Shown piece after piece: positions 12,214 to 26,208 of a DNA stretch of 64,000 bases. The stretch comes from Eledone cirrhosa (lineage: Eukaryota), in contig OZ024742.1 of NCBI GenBank assembly GCA_964016885.1, positions 255,688,001 to 255,752,000 on the forward strand, read 5' to 3'. A program made the translations under genes and the position numbers. Every line of letters starts with the position of its first letter. Within the stretch, counting starts at the first letter, position 1. The notes under the pieces were generated by a model. That model made no database searches and was not told the origin of the DNA. It worked only from the letters and a program-made list of their open reading frames with translations.

Positions 12214-13755
12214 TTACAGCCCTTGTCTACCCCCTACCCTCGGGTCATTATGGGGTTTGAAGGCGAGGTAAGTCCAACGCAATATGTGTTTGCATGCAGT
12301 TACCAGTTCGTCTTTCTTGTTTAGGAGTTGGTCCGTTGAAAATAGCATTTGTAATGTTTCCTCCGAGCATAAATTGCACGGAAGGCGTCCTCCCGTGTAA
12401 GAGTTGGCTCTGGACAGTAAGCTCCAAGTGAGATCATAGGTTATATTGTTATCTTTCAGGTCCCAGATATGGCCCGAAAGTGTGGTGGCGTGACGCCGGG
12501 CCGGGTTTCGGAAAGTATGTCTGTGTTGGTATAGCCGGGTCTTGAAGTCACATGCGGTTAATCCTATATAAGCTTTGATGGAGGTGTCCGTCCTCACGTT
12601 ACACTGGTAGATCACATTACGATCTCTGCATCTGTTGTCGAGGGGGCAAATGGATCCATCAGGACAGTTGCATCTCCTGGTCGGCTCTCCACTGCTATTT
12701 AGGTTATTTCTTCCATAGTGGTTGAGTTTTTTGTTGTTAGAGGAGACGATGATTTGTGCAAGGTTAGGTGTGGTGCTGTATGAGAGTTTGATGGTATTTT
12801 TGTTGATTATGTTGTGGTAGCGGTGTTGTAGTGGGAAGTGTTTTTCGATGAGCCTAAAGAAGATTTTCCCGATAGGTGTTGTCACTTCGGCGTTGTGGGG
12901 AGGATTGAACCATGTTAAGTTGCGTGAGCGGCGGTGTCGCCTGCTGGTTCCGCTAATGGGAGCTGGACAGTAGGATATTACCTCCCGGAAGCCACTCCTC
13001 TTGAGGGCCTGGTTGTAACAAGGCGCATGTTCCTCGAATATCTGCTCATTAGCGGACAAACGAGATATGTGGAGGGAGATGTTTTTAACCAGGTTATTGG
13101 TGATGTTTCTAGGATGGTTTGACCGGCGGTGGATGTAGTGCAGGTTGTCATTGGGTTTCCTGTATGGGTAGTACAAGTCATTATCGAGGTCAAGGGTAAC
13201 GTCCAGGAAGTTAACTCGGGCTAGGGACGTTTGTAAGTTTATTTTAAATCCCCAGTCGCGGAAGAAGCTGATTAATTGTTTACCGACCCGGTCTGTACTA
13301 CTGGGGTTGTACCCTTTAATGGTAAGGAGCCCATCATCACGGTACAATCTACCACCGAATGCAGGAAACATACTGGTGAGTTTAACTAGTAGGAATAATC
13401 CTATAAGATCTGTGACCTCAGCCGAATCCGTCGCGCCCATACTGACGTCGAAGGGTGAGTCGGGAGCTCTCTTTATCCATTTGGAGTTGTCGAAAAGTTC
13501 ACTGTCTTCCTGGCGTGGAGAATGATATTTCTTTCCTGGTCGGTGATGGGCGCAAGTGTCTCGGCAAAGTCCAAGGCGCGGTAAGGAGCGGTAAGGTAAT
13601 TGAAGCATAGTAACTCTCTATGTCAAACTGGATGAATTTTGTGTCTCGTTTGTCCTCCATATTGCTGAACCATGAGATTACTTCCTGGGTGTTGACCTAT
13701 AGGCTAAGTTTGGCATTTTGCTTAACTTTTGGTATAACGGGGTCTAGGATTTTTT
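12214..13755 (-). pseudogene. PLE RT + GIY-YIG ORF remnant; frame open from about 13500 to the stop at 12214, frameshifted upstream
   Basis: FDVSMGATDSAEV, LYRDDG, NFLDVTL, CNCPDGSICPLDNRC, VIYQC..YIGLT..FKTRLYQH. IQFDIESYY occurs in another frame near 13620. Confidence 0.9.
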
Positions 13756-13784
13756 TTACTGATATATATATATATATATATATA

Positions 13785-14412
13785 TATTAGGATTGGTGCT
13801 CTGAAATAGCGATGTATACATGAATATATGTATAGTAAATTTGGCAATATACCGTATGATTAATTAAAACCATTTAGAAGACCATGCGCATTCGATTTTA
13901 AAGTAGTGACTATGTCACTTACTTCTTTTCGGCGGAAGAAGGGACAGAAACTAACAGTCTGTTTCACGGTGGTTGGCGATCATCAGAGCCACGCACTCCC
14001 TGCCTAGGCCGAACATTATAGAAGCTGGATTCTTATAGAAATCCGGTAATATTCAGGACCTGTTTATACAGAGTGATTGCCGGTCCAGCAAAAAATAGGT
14101 ATTAGGATTGGTGCTCTGAAATAGCGATGTACACATGAATGTATGTATAGTATATTTGGCAATATACCTTATGTTTAATTAAGAACATTTAGAAGACCAT
14201 ACGCCATCGGTTTTAAAGTAGTGACTATGTCACTTACTTCTTTTCGGTGGAAGACGGGAGAGAAGCTAACGGTCTGTTTCACGCTGGTTGGCGATCATCA
14301 GAGCTACGCATCCCCTGCCTCGGCCGAAAATTATAGAAGATGGATTCTTATAGAATTCCAGTAATAATCAGGAACTGATTATACAGAGCGATTGCTGGTC
14401 CAGCAAAAAATT
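13785..14412 (-). mobile_element. Two tandem ~315-bp non-coding units, each with a hammerhead ribozyme (non-LTR retrozyme or pLTR tandem)
   Basis: Units start at about 13785 and 14100. HHRs lie at 13949-13990 and 14264-14305 (agct-CTGATGA-tcgc-caacca-gcgt-GAAA-cagaccg-TT-agct). Confidence 0.78.
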
Positions 14413-14576
14413 AGTTTATACATATATTATTCAGATGATGAAAGTTGGTTGATCAAGTAATCTACCAACCTTTTCGTAAACAGACATAAAATATTCAACG
14501 ATTTGTATTCCTTAGGATTTTCTCTGTAAGGTGTCAACCGGAGTTTTAATATAATACATACAAGATACAGTTTTAT

Positions 14577-14875
14577 TCGTACATCTATATTTTATTGCAT
14601 AATTCCATTATACGTATTGCGAGGACGTCAGAGTGTTTATATAATAAGCCACTGGCATGTTGTTTGTATCAGATTGTGTAAGATGTATTCTTTTATACAT
14701 TGATACGTTACTGGTCTCTCGTGGTGTTTACACTGCTGACAAGTAAGATATCAATGGATAGAAAAATACATCTTACACTATTTTATGAAAACATGCAACT
14801 GGCTTATTATATAACCACACTGACATCTTTGAAATACCTATAATGCAATTATGTAATAAAATGAAGTTGTACGAT
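14577..14875. repeat. Imperfect ~300-bp palindrome
   Basis: For example tataataagcca/tggcttattata and gtgtaagatgtatt/aatacatcttacac. Confidence 0.8.
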
Positions 14876-15356
14876 CATCCATGAAGCTCGCACGCCACAC
14901 ATGGTCAAGCAACGACGGATGCGTGGATTACTCCCTTCAATGGAATGTTCTGGTCAAATCTAGGCCATACGATACGGGCTGTGCATCAAAGGAAGAATAA
15001 ATATTCCGTGGAGATTACGTAACAGTAGATGTCTTAATACGAGATCTGATTTCTTTACTCATTGTCCCCACGAAGCCAAACACTTATTACGTAACTATAA
15101 AGACCCACACTAATTTTCCGCTGTAACAGACCTGGCCTGTTTGTATCCAGAATAATCTCAATTGTATCCAGAACAATCTCAGTTGTATACCCCTCTCAGT
15201 GTAACTTGAGTTGCTTCCCCTTGTCAATATTCTTGCGCATGACGACCGCTTTTTGGATGTAAACCTTTCAGCTGAGCCCAAGACCTGTAAGGTGAAACAA
15301 ATTGTCCTTGGTAATGGTTGATTAACAATTGGGGAACTAACTTATATATACATATA

Positions 15357-15545
15357 ATTGTTTCTACTTTTGGTACAAGGCCAGCAATTACCCAGTACAT
15401 TACTGGTACTTTATTTTATCGACCCCGTAAGGATGAAAGGCAAAGTTAATCTCGGCGGGATTTGAACTCAGAATGGCAAGGGCCGTAACTCTATGCGTCA
15501 AAGCATGGCGTCCGACCCTCTACCGATACTGCCAATCCACCGTCG
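15357..15545 (-). mobile_element. tRNA-derived SINE with a Meta-domain-like core
   Basis: The - strand has A-box-like tggcagtatcggtag, B-box gagttcaaatccc and core gcctttcatccttacggggtcgataaaataaagtaccag. At least 7 copies occur in the window. Confidence 0.8.
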
Positions 15546-18197
15546 GATATATACATATAATATTTACTGGTTTCAAACATTGTAAGGTTGTCATGCTGGG
15601 GCACACTCTAATGGTTTCAGTCGATCATATCAACACCTCAGTATTTTTGTTTCTGTATGGTACCTATTTCAACGAAATCCGTAGTTATGTGGTTGGTGCA
15701 CATAGGGAAAATATAACTTAACAGAGGCACGGCCCTATGAATAGATGTGTTCGCAACTACATAACAACTACATACTATATACACACCTAAAAAATTTCCT
15801 TTAATTTCAATTCATCATTCCATTATTTTCCCATTTCCTCTCTATTTACCGAAGAAGGAAATAGTCCAAAATGTTAAAACGAAATCTTCATGGCCATCAA
15901 AATAATCACTTTAATTTCTATTACTCCCTATTTTGATTATTACTTTTAGTACACACGTATATATATATATAATCGTGTGTGTTTGAGCGCATAAACACAC
16001 TCACACGCACACACATATATATATAACCGAAAATTAGGATTATACAAAATGGCAACTGCATATTAACATTCTAAAAGAAAACTAAGTGTGATATTACAAC
16101 AATTATTTCTTACGTTTATAATTTTAACCAGATTGGATTCTGACAAATATAGTCCCCATTGAGGCCACAGAATCATTAGATCGTGTTGTTTGCTTGTGAC
16201 ATAAACAAAACCTGTTCATGACTATCTGTATAATTGCATGTATTGATTTACATTAAACTTTCCAATCATAACTCCTGCACAGTTCATGTCACGCCAGATT
16301 GATTCAACTTCATTTCGTTTCCAATTTTTTATCTTGAAATTTCTTTAATATTCTCATACGTTAATTCCTCTATAATGTTGACACTATGGAATCTATATGA
16401 ACCCATTTAACGTAGTTGGTGGTGGGCCTATAGCATGTTCACGACCCAGAAGTTGGCAGTGGCAATTAAGAAAATATATATAAAAATTTGTGTAAATACT
16501 TAATCGTTATAAATGAAACTACAAAGTATCTATGAATTCGACATTTCAATTAAATTTATAATTAGCTATCGTTTGATTGAAAGCTGAATATATTTCAAAT
16601 TAAGTGAAACGTGCTGATACAAAAATACAGAAGAGAGACGAAATGTTACAAAATCCTGCAGAGACAACAGTATACGTCTACTTGTCGAGGCTGGAAGATA
16701 TTTCGTGATGTTGACGCTGTAAAACACAGTCAATACACGAATTGCTCACGTGTTAAGAAGGAACGCAATATAAACCTTCAACAGATACTGTTATAAAAAT
16801 GAAAATATTGGTAATGTTTACCTACCCCAGATACAAAGCGTAATGGGTTCGAGTAACAAAACATTTTATTTTACTGCATGTAAAATTCCGTTTCTGCTTA
16901 TTCAAGGAGAGAGTGTCAATGGCAATAGCCTTTTTCAGGACTTCCGAGACAAATGAGAGAAAGGGAAGGGAGATAGTGAGGTATTCCAACACCTGCCACA
17001 TGGCCAAAATATTTGCCACAGCGTGAAATTTGTTAAAAGTTCTCAAAGGTCAAGAGGTGGTGGTAACTGGCCAAAAGAGTGTACTTTATTAAGAGTAAGG
17101 TGGTATTATTAAATCGTGTGATAGTTTAAGTCTATCATCCAATATTGCAGTTTTATGTGATAATATAATGAACAAGAAAGGGAAAGAAAGGACTGAGTGA
17201 TTGGTCAGTTTGGTGAAAAGAATCATAATCATTTTACAGCACTTTATAATTTCAAACATTGGTTATATTATTTCTTACAGAGATAAGTGTCCTTTTACTG
17301 CCTAAAATTCTACTTGCATTTCAACAACCTCGTATAAATGGACACAGACGTGCAGAGACACTAGCACATACTCACACACTTACAATCATGTCACAGGCAC
17401 ACATCGACACAGATACATACGGACACATGCATATACACAGACACAGACTCTGGGAGTCGAGAAAAAAATGCATCTGATAAGAGGTAGATTTGCGTCAATT
17501 GAAAACACAGTTCTTCCAAAATATGTGGTCTTTATATATCAAAGTTTTAAAAGACGTTAACTCTACTCCGCTTGTGTTTGAATGGGTGAGCGTGTGTGAA
17601 GTAATTTATAACTATGCTACATTCATTTATAACTTTGTAGTATTTTACGGAGCATTCTGATGTTATTGTTTTTAGTCACGGATCATCGATCTCAGGGGAC
17701 CTGGGAAAGACCTGGGAATAACTTCCCCAAGAACAAATCAATAAAAATGTCAAACTCCGTCTATTAAATCTATGATCAAAAGCGTTCCAGTATTATCTAC
17801 ATAGATAGAAATAAATACAGAAAAACAGGGAGAAAAATAGAGAAATTGAAAAATAGATTGGAAGAGAAAGAATGAAAGAGAGAAAACGATAAAGGGAGAA
17901 AGAGAGAAATATTGTGCGAGGGAATTCTCATAGAATTTCTGACAAGAATTAGATTAGATTCTAATCTAAATTAATTTTATTGAACTTCAGTTCTTGGTTT
18001 ATTTAATGTTTATTAAGAAAATACGTGTTCTTTAGCGAATGCTTTGTGCGGTAAATTAGCCAAAAGGAACGTGAAACAATGCTTATTTTCAATCCGAATT
18101 TCAAGTATATATATATATAAAGAAACAGAGTAAATGTTGGAGTCTCAGTAATGTGATCCCCAAGCAGGAATTTCTCTCTCTCCCACTCTCACTTCCA

Positions 18198-18277
<80 letters not shown>

Positions 18278-18290
18278 ATATATATATGTT

Positions 18291-18333
<43 letters not shown>

Positions 18334-19585
18334 AGAGAGAGAGAGATATGTTCATTTATATTAAATATACAAGAGTCTCGCTATGAATATTGTAAGTTGT
18401 GATCATGTCGTAGCTATCTCAGTACGGCGTAAACATGTCAGACACGCGATTAGGGATTTTTATCTATCATCTGTGACATTTACAAATATAAGCTGTAGCT
18501 TATATCCTTTTCTTTGCTGCATCATCAATTTAACACTTCACATATCACTAATGTCTCAGTGGTAAATGAAGATGCATGGCTTAGTGGTTCAGTTGTTCGC
18601 CCAAAGATCGTTAGTTCGTGAGCTTGTTTGACTGCGTCCTATTTGAAAATATCCCAGTCGGACGCTTCTTCTTCTTCTTCTTCTTCTTCTTCTTCTAACT
18701 TATTCATAGGTGGGTCGTGGAGTAGAATCCTCAGATAGGCTTACTAGAGTGTCTTACGAAATCATCTCCCAACCTTTTTTTATTTTAATACCTTCTATAT
18801 TCCAGCGAGTCCTGTCAGAAGGAAGCCAGACTAGCCATGCTCATGGGTGTTATCCGTGATCTACCCCTGGGTCTCCTGCCGGTTGGTTTTTGTTCAGTCG
18901 AACCCAGCTAGCATATTGTGTTGTATCTGTAATTCAAAGGACCAGCTATGTCACACGCACTATATCGCGTGGTATCTGCCTAGCGATTTTATTCTGTGTA
19001 CACCTGCTTGTGGATTACTGAGCCACTTGCAAGTTAATTTCACGTGCAGATTTTTCCGCTGATCGAATCAACTGGAACACTCGCCTTCGAAACCAACAGA
19101 GATGCAACAGCTAGTGTTAAATATAAATATAACATTTTCAATCACGTTGGCACGGACATCTGACTTCTTACATGGTGACACACACCTATTAAATATATTA
19201 ACTGCATGAATTATACATGTGGAGTTGAAGAGGAAAGAGCTTTGAACGTAATATATTAGAGTCACACATAAAACTATGTTCTGAGTATATTGCCTTCCAA
19301 AACCCGAAAGGCGTAAAAAAAAATCAAACAAACTAATCAGCCAACAAAGAACAAAAAACAACAAAAAAAAAAACAATACCATAAAACGATTATAAACCTC
19401 TCCCATCGTAAGTTGTTGAATTAATAGTGTGGCCAGAACATCAGATAATTGCTTTGAGTTTCTCACTCTCTGCTTTGAGTTCGAATCTGGTCGAGGTCAC
19501 CTTTGAATATCATGTTCTCGGGGTCGATAAATAATTCATTAATCCAGTACTGAGGTTTAGTCATCATTTATATCTCGTTTTCACC

Positions 19586-19621
<36 letters not shown>

Positions 19622-20959
19622 TTTCCTTTCTTTGGAATATTTTAAAGAATAGGGATGAAAGTAAATAGGTGACATTTATAATGTCTCTATTGTAGTAGTG
19701 AGCCATGGTCACAGAGTCAGTTATATACCCCATAGCTATTTATATATTTTCAAGATGCAACGTGGATTGAGTTCGGATTGAACCCAGCATGTAGAGTGAT
19801 AAAACTAGGTATGTAAAGTAATTACAACGGATGTATAGATACTTTTTTGTTTTAATGATTTTAAAACACACTACTGAATTCCTTGAAAAGAATTGTTATA
19901 CTTCCTAATTATTTTGATGAGAATTCTAAATGAACTGCTAAATTCAAATTAAAACAGGCAATTAAATTCATAAAGCTCCTGAAGCAATTCCCAATGAGTA
20001 CAATAACGCTTATTCTGATTTAGTCTTAATGCAAAACTGCAGAGCAATGCTAGATATAGCATGTAGGAAAGAGACAATATAATTAAAATAACTATCTTCG
20101 GTATTCACACGTTAAAAAGATAAAAATAAATACATACATATTGTTAATCTGAATAAATGTAAGTATATAAAAGAAAAAGTCAGATTGTTTGTGTATAAGG
20201 CGAGAAATATAGAAACACATTATGCCTTATTTTGCTTTTACGAAAGCTGTCATCACGAGAAATAAATATTTCTAGATAACGAACGCAGTGAAAGCCCAAC
20301 ACCTCCATTTCCCTCATCACTGGCCATAGTTTTACACATCTATACCTAAGAGATTATGGGTTTGTCTTTCCAAGGCTCAAGTCTGGGCAGGGTTCTGTGT
20401 GGAAAACCGAGCAGACCTTCATGCATTCCAGTCTCTACGCTACACCATACGTCTGTTCTTCGAGGGAGAGGCAAAGGATGATACAGCTTGGTATTCGTGT
20501 CGTCACAACTCATATACACTATATATATATGGTCTGAATCGACAAGATCCCAGACCTCATTCGCTTACCGAGAGGCATGGAACTCATCAGACCGTTACCA
20601 ATATTATCAACTGGTAAGAACTCCAGGCAGAATGAGTGACGTGAAATAAAGTGTCTTGCTCAAAGACATAGCACATTGCCCCACGGGGGTACGAGCTCAC
20701 TACCCCACGTTTGTGAACCCAACTCTCTAACCACTTGGTCACATACCTTCACAACTTCAAACACTACACTGCATATAGAATATGTGTATATACAACATAT
20801 ATACACAATATCTAAAGAATGCTCAGCTACTTCCACGTTAATTTAATGTGTAGTTTGTTACGTCAATGAAATAACCCAACATGCATTGTCAGTGCCGAGG
20901 GATGTAAAACAACAACAATAACAGACATATGTTTCGGTGTGTGGTAGGGGTTACTTTAT

Positions 20960-21255
20960 GGTTTGGTTTAGTAGTTGCAGTTGTAGTTGTTGTTTTAGTT
21001 GTTGTTGTAAATGTTGTAGTTGCAGTTGTTATTGCTGTAGTTGTTGCAGTAGTTGTAGTTGTTGAAGTTGTAGTTGCAGAAATTGTAGTTTGAGTTGTTG
21101 TAGTTGTAATTGTGGTAGTTGTAGATGTAGCCTTTGTTGTAGCTGAAGCCGTTGTTGTAGTTATAGTAGTTGTAGTAGCTTTAGTTTTTGTTGTGGTTGT
21201 AGCTGTAGTAGTTGTTGTAGTTGTAGTTTAAGTTATTCTAGTTATAATTGTAGCT
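20960..21255. repeat. (GTT/GTA)n degenerate triplet repeat
   Basis: Seen directly in the sequence. Confidence 0.8.
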
Positions 21256-21687
21256 TCAGCTTTTCCTTAATTTGCAATTGCTTTTGTTTCTCCTGCTGGG
21301 GCTGTAGTTGAGGTGGTGGAAACTAAGGCGGAAATTCCTTCACCCGTGTGGGGTAGAAATTTTAGGAAACTCTAATGTGACAGGTTATTCGGCAGATTGT
21401 GGTCCTTGAGCTCCTCCCACTCAACCACAGCCCATGCTTGTTCGCATTCCTAGATTTTCAGATATAGTTAAAACCCAAAATGAGTATAAGATTTTGTTGA
21501 AGTCTGGAGCTGGATTTCCATTCCATCACACTCCACCACACCACACGCCACCTTTCTTCAACCATGCAAATTAGGTTGATGATGATGATAATGATGATGA
21601 CGACGATGACGATGATGATTATGATGATGATGATGATGATGCCAATGATGATGATTATGATGATATTCATGACAATGATAAAGATAA

Positions 21688-21876
21688 TTGTTTCTACTTT
21701 TGGCACAAGGCCAGCAATTACCCCAGTACATTACTGGTACTTTACTTTATCGACCCCCGTAAGGATGAAAAGCAAAGCTAACCTCGGCGGGATTAGAACT
21801 CAGAAGCTAAAGGGGCATAACTCAATGCTGCAAAGTATGGTGTCTGACACACTACCGATACTGCCAATCCACCGCC
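21688..21876 (-). mobile_element. Same tRNA-derived SINE
   Basis: Collinear with 15357-15545. Confidence 0.8.
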
Positions 21877-22325
21877 TTGTTGACGATAAAGATAATGAAG
21901 ATGATGATGGTACCATATGGTTATGCTCATGTGATATTTTATTTAGTCTGCTGCTGTGTATAATAGAAAACTAGCAAGACTTATACGACAGAGATATCAA
22001 TACGAAGATTACATAAATAATACAAAACATATTTACATGTAGTTGTTTTTAACAATATTTCTATTTTAATGAATTTAAACTTAATAATGCCTTCCAATAT
22101 ATAGAAATGGAATATCAGCTCTGTTTGAAATATATATATGCAATTCTATTTTAGAAATATTCAATATAAAAATGAATGATATTTCAATGTATATTATATT
22201 TAAGGTGATAAAAAAATATTACTTTGGATATGTTAAAATTTTATATCTTTTTAAAAAGATATATTTCAACTAGCCCACCCCAACACCATATATATATAAT
22301 TATATATATGTAATTATATATATGA

Positions 22326-22380
<55 letters not shown>

Positions 22381-22659
22381 GGGGGGGGGGGGGCAATTAT
22401 TTCAGATTCAGTTATTTAGATGTTATACATTTGTAATTTTCTGTGAAAGTAATATATAAGGAAGAATTTCAACTGGTAAATATTCATACGTGAAAAAAAA
22501 TAACATTTGAATTAATTCATTATATTTATTCGTATTGATTTCAGACATTGGCAAACGATCATAAATACACACACACATATATTATTTCATTTTCTTCCAA
22601 TTTTTTTCGACAACTATATCATCTATCGCAGAAATCTAACTACTACTACTACTACTACA

Positions 22660-22724
<65 letters not shown>

Positions 22725-23688
22725 GTTTGTTATTATTATAATTAATTCTCTCGGAAACAGATGTTACAAAATATTTTCAATATAACAAGATATACAAACA
22801 CACTCACCCATTAATACACAGTGACACCATAGTTACACATAGTTACAGTTACTGATACTAAAAGTCTAAAGTCTGTCTTAAGCCAGAAGGCTCATTTGGC
22901 CGCTGCTTATCCCGGTTTCATGGCGTGAAAAAACTGAGAGTACAAGACTCCCCCTGGACATGACGCCAGTCCAACGCAGGGCTAAACCTCCAGTTATTGC
23001 TGATACTCATTTTCAGCTGAGTATACTGGTGCAACGTGAAATGAAGTGTTTTGCTCAAGAACACAACACGCAACCTAGGAATCGAGCCCACGAGATTATG
23101 ATCGTAAGTCCAACACTCTTATCACTAGGCCAGGTGCCTCCACACGCATATATGATATTGATAAATCGTCGAAAATATGACATTTGATACCAGCTGCATT
23201 TGAATTTAAATCACAGGGAATTGGAACAAATACCACAAAGACTTCTAGACGACGCCCAAGCTACTGGCCTATTGATGTGTAGATATATGGAATTAAGAAA
23301 TAGGTTTTAAGTCATCACAAATCTACATTCTATTCTACATCTTCATTCTAATCCGGAGAGGAACACAACTGCTGACTTCGGGAGAAAGTAACTGACAATA
23401 ACACAATTGGGAGGAGCGCATTTCACTTAAGAAGGAGACCCGTAAGCGGGATGGCTAATGCATCGGATGTCATTGACTGTTCTTCGTGTCTAGTTTCACC
23501 ATTTTGACCGTGGGGTGCAGCTGAGATATACTAGCTTCTCCTTTTCATTTCTTATTTATTTTTCTCTTTTTCTCTTCTTGGTTATTATTTTGATTTTTAC
23601 TTTTGATTCTTTCATCATTGGATATTTCTGTTGAACTGCTTTTCATTATTTTGCATTTCGGATATCTGTCATCACTAGAAATATCCTC

Positions 23689-23723
<35 letters not shown>

Positions 23724-23905
23724 CATCATCATCATCCTCTTCATCATCATCCCTGTTTAACATCTACTCTCCTTGCTAGGAAGATAGGAGAAAGTAACCC
23801 GGTGTCCATGGTAGTTTGTCAAATGTGAATGTCAGGTCGAAAAAGAAAATTGGGCAAAGTGTGCGGATTAACTAGAAATTTGCAGTTTAGCATGTGATCT
23901 AAATC

Positions 23906-24121
23906 AGACATTTAAAACATGCGGCCCTCGGCAGCATGCGGCCCTTAACAAGCTTACCTGCGATCCGCACAAAGGTTTTTACAGCACGAACATGCTTTAT
24001 CTTCGTAATATATAATACAAAAATTACTTGTAATGTGCGCAATTAGTTGTCGTGTGTGGCCCTCAGACAACACATATGTGACCCATGGGCCCCTCGGGGG
24101 ACCCTCAGTTTGACATGCCTG
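23906..24121. mobile_element. hAT-like MITE remnant
   Basis: Degenerate TIRs cagacatttaaaac / gtttgacatgcctg with subterminal tgcggccc repeats. Confidence 0.5.
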
Positions 24122-24144
24122 ATCTAAATGATCATTTATTTTTA

Positions 24145-24430
24145 AGCATGTGGTCAACCTGTCCATTTACATTTGAGTGTGTGTTCCACAGGGTCATTTA
24201 TAGTACAGTCTGTCGTCTATCGTGTCATTTGCAGTTCTGTGTTTGGTCTACCTGGTCATTTACCAATGAATGTTTGGTCTATCCCGTAATTTGCAGTTCA
24301 GTTTTTGGTGTACCTGTTCATTTACAGTACAGTGTAAGATTTACCTGGTCATTTACAGGTCAGTGTTTGGTCTACCTAGCCATTTACAGTTCAGAGTGTG
24401 GTATAGATAGATATTTACAGTTCAACGTAC
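24145..24430. repeat. Degenerate ~33-bp minisatellite, about 8 copies
   Basis: Recurrent ggtctacctggtcatttacagttcagtgt-like unit. Confidence 0.7.
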
Positions 24431-24504
24431 AGCCTATATAAACCACAAACACTAACCTTAATCTTAGCTAAAACATGATATACAAAACAGGCCATTATAT
24501 GACG

Positions 24505-24690
24505 TTGATTGGCAGTATTGGTAGAGGGTCGGACGCCATGCTTTGCAGCAAAGAATTACGTCCCTTTATGGTCTGAGTTCAAATCCCGCCGAGGTTAACT
24601 TTGCCTTTCATCCTTACAGGGTCGATAAAATAAAGCACCAGTAATACACTGGGATAATTGCTGGCCTTGTGCCAAATGTAGAAACAATTA
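24505..24690 (+). mobile_element. Same tRNA-derived SINE, forward copy
   Basis: Reverse complement of 15357-15545. It is flanked by the repeated sequence attatatgacgttgatt, a likely target-site duplication. Confidence 0.8.
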
Positions 24691-26170
24691 TATGACGTTG
24701 ATTACATATATTGCAGTTGGCGGTGCCTTAAGGTAGCAGTAAAAAATGTTTATTTCCAAAAGTTCTAATACTTCGATATCTACAGATTAATGTGTCCACG
24801 TTGGCTATTTATTAATTTCTCTGATTAATTAAAATAATCTATAACTCTTAGATTTTAAACTTGCATTATTGGTGGCAGAGTATCTCAGTGTATCTTAAAA
24901 CAATGACAAGTTTAATGATGAGAAAATTAAAACTTCGCATTGCCGAACAAATCATTTATAAATTGATTGCCTCTATCTATATATTTAATAATTTTAGAAT
25001 AATCATTAATGATGAATGTTAATCGTAAAAGCAAAGAAATGACGAAACGACTTACAAGAGGAAATTAAACGATCTCCTCTGAAAATCAGAATTAATATTC
25101 ATTCCATTAGGTTGTTTTTGTTTTAAAGATATAAAATTAAATCTTTATAGCTGAAGGCAATAACCAGAGAAATATGATAATTAACTGTTCATATCACATG
25201 GAACTTTTAGAAATAGTGTGGCTTCTTGAAAATATATATCCATAATAGAATTCCGCTATGTATAATCATTTTCCGGTATTATACAAATGGGTTACTACAT
25301 TTGTTTCCCCTGGATTCGTGCCTAATGAATGCCATATTGAATGAATTATTTATTAAAGAGACACTGATAGCATATCCCACCCCCACCAACCTACCCAAGT
25401 AGACGTTTTCATAAGGATAATTAAAGTATAAGATTTTTTTTATAAGGAAAGGAACGAAGAATAATGATTGCTAATTTTTCACATGCCTAGAACCGTTCTA
25501 CTGTAATAACATATTTCAATGTAGTCAACGTTATACGGTGATTGTGAAGCTTCCAAAACCTCGAGTAGATCACTCAGTGTCAATGTCAAACTGAAACAAA
25601 CATGGTTTGTTTAATCCATTTGATACTAAACTGGCTGGAATCACCCCTAAATCTACAATATATAATTGTTTAATTTTTATATGTATATAAAAACAAAAAA
25701 AAAACACTTCCATTATAATTTCATAAAAAAAGCATTTATTTGGCTTCAAACGACGTCTTACCGAGAAAATCAGTTATATTACTAAATGATAGATTATTTC
25801 CAAAACGTTAGAAAATCATAGGTAGTGTTTTTCGTTAGAAATATGTCAATGAAAGGGCTAAAGAGTTAATATTTAAAGGGGAATTTTAAAGAACAGCACA
25901 TTATGACGCAAAAAAGACAAAATTATTTTATGCCTGATAAATATTATTTTGATTTAGTGTTCAGTGCAATAACACCACTATACAGTAAATAAATAAATAA
26001 ATAAATAAATACATTAATATATATAATTTAGATATGCATATAATGTGAAATATCCGTTCAATTTTGACGGTTGCGCGAATGAATATTCAATAATTTTGAG
26101 ATCAGTAGTTTTATTAGTCGAATATGTATCATGCTATTCAATAATTTGTAAGAATATAAGACTCTGGAAT

Positions 26171-26208
<38 letters not shown>

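Larger units (their letters stand above)
10942..13760 (-). mobile_element. Second Naiad-like PLE family, 5'-truncated and frameshifted, with long 3' UTR/pLTR
   Basis: RT/GIY-YIG homology to the 773-aa ORF, bounded by (TA)n at both ends. The 3' UTR recurs at 52730-53915. Confidence 0.9.

Noticed and set aside
23545-23763. 72-aa acidic ORF
   Set aside because: It is dominated by a (GAT)n repeat, with no splice or homology support.
24145-24430. ~33-bp repeat array resembling CRISPR spacing
   Set aside because: The units are contiguous and degenerate with no unique spacers, the context is eukaryotic, and there are no cas genes.
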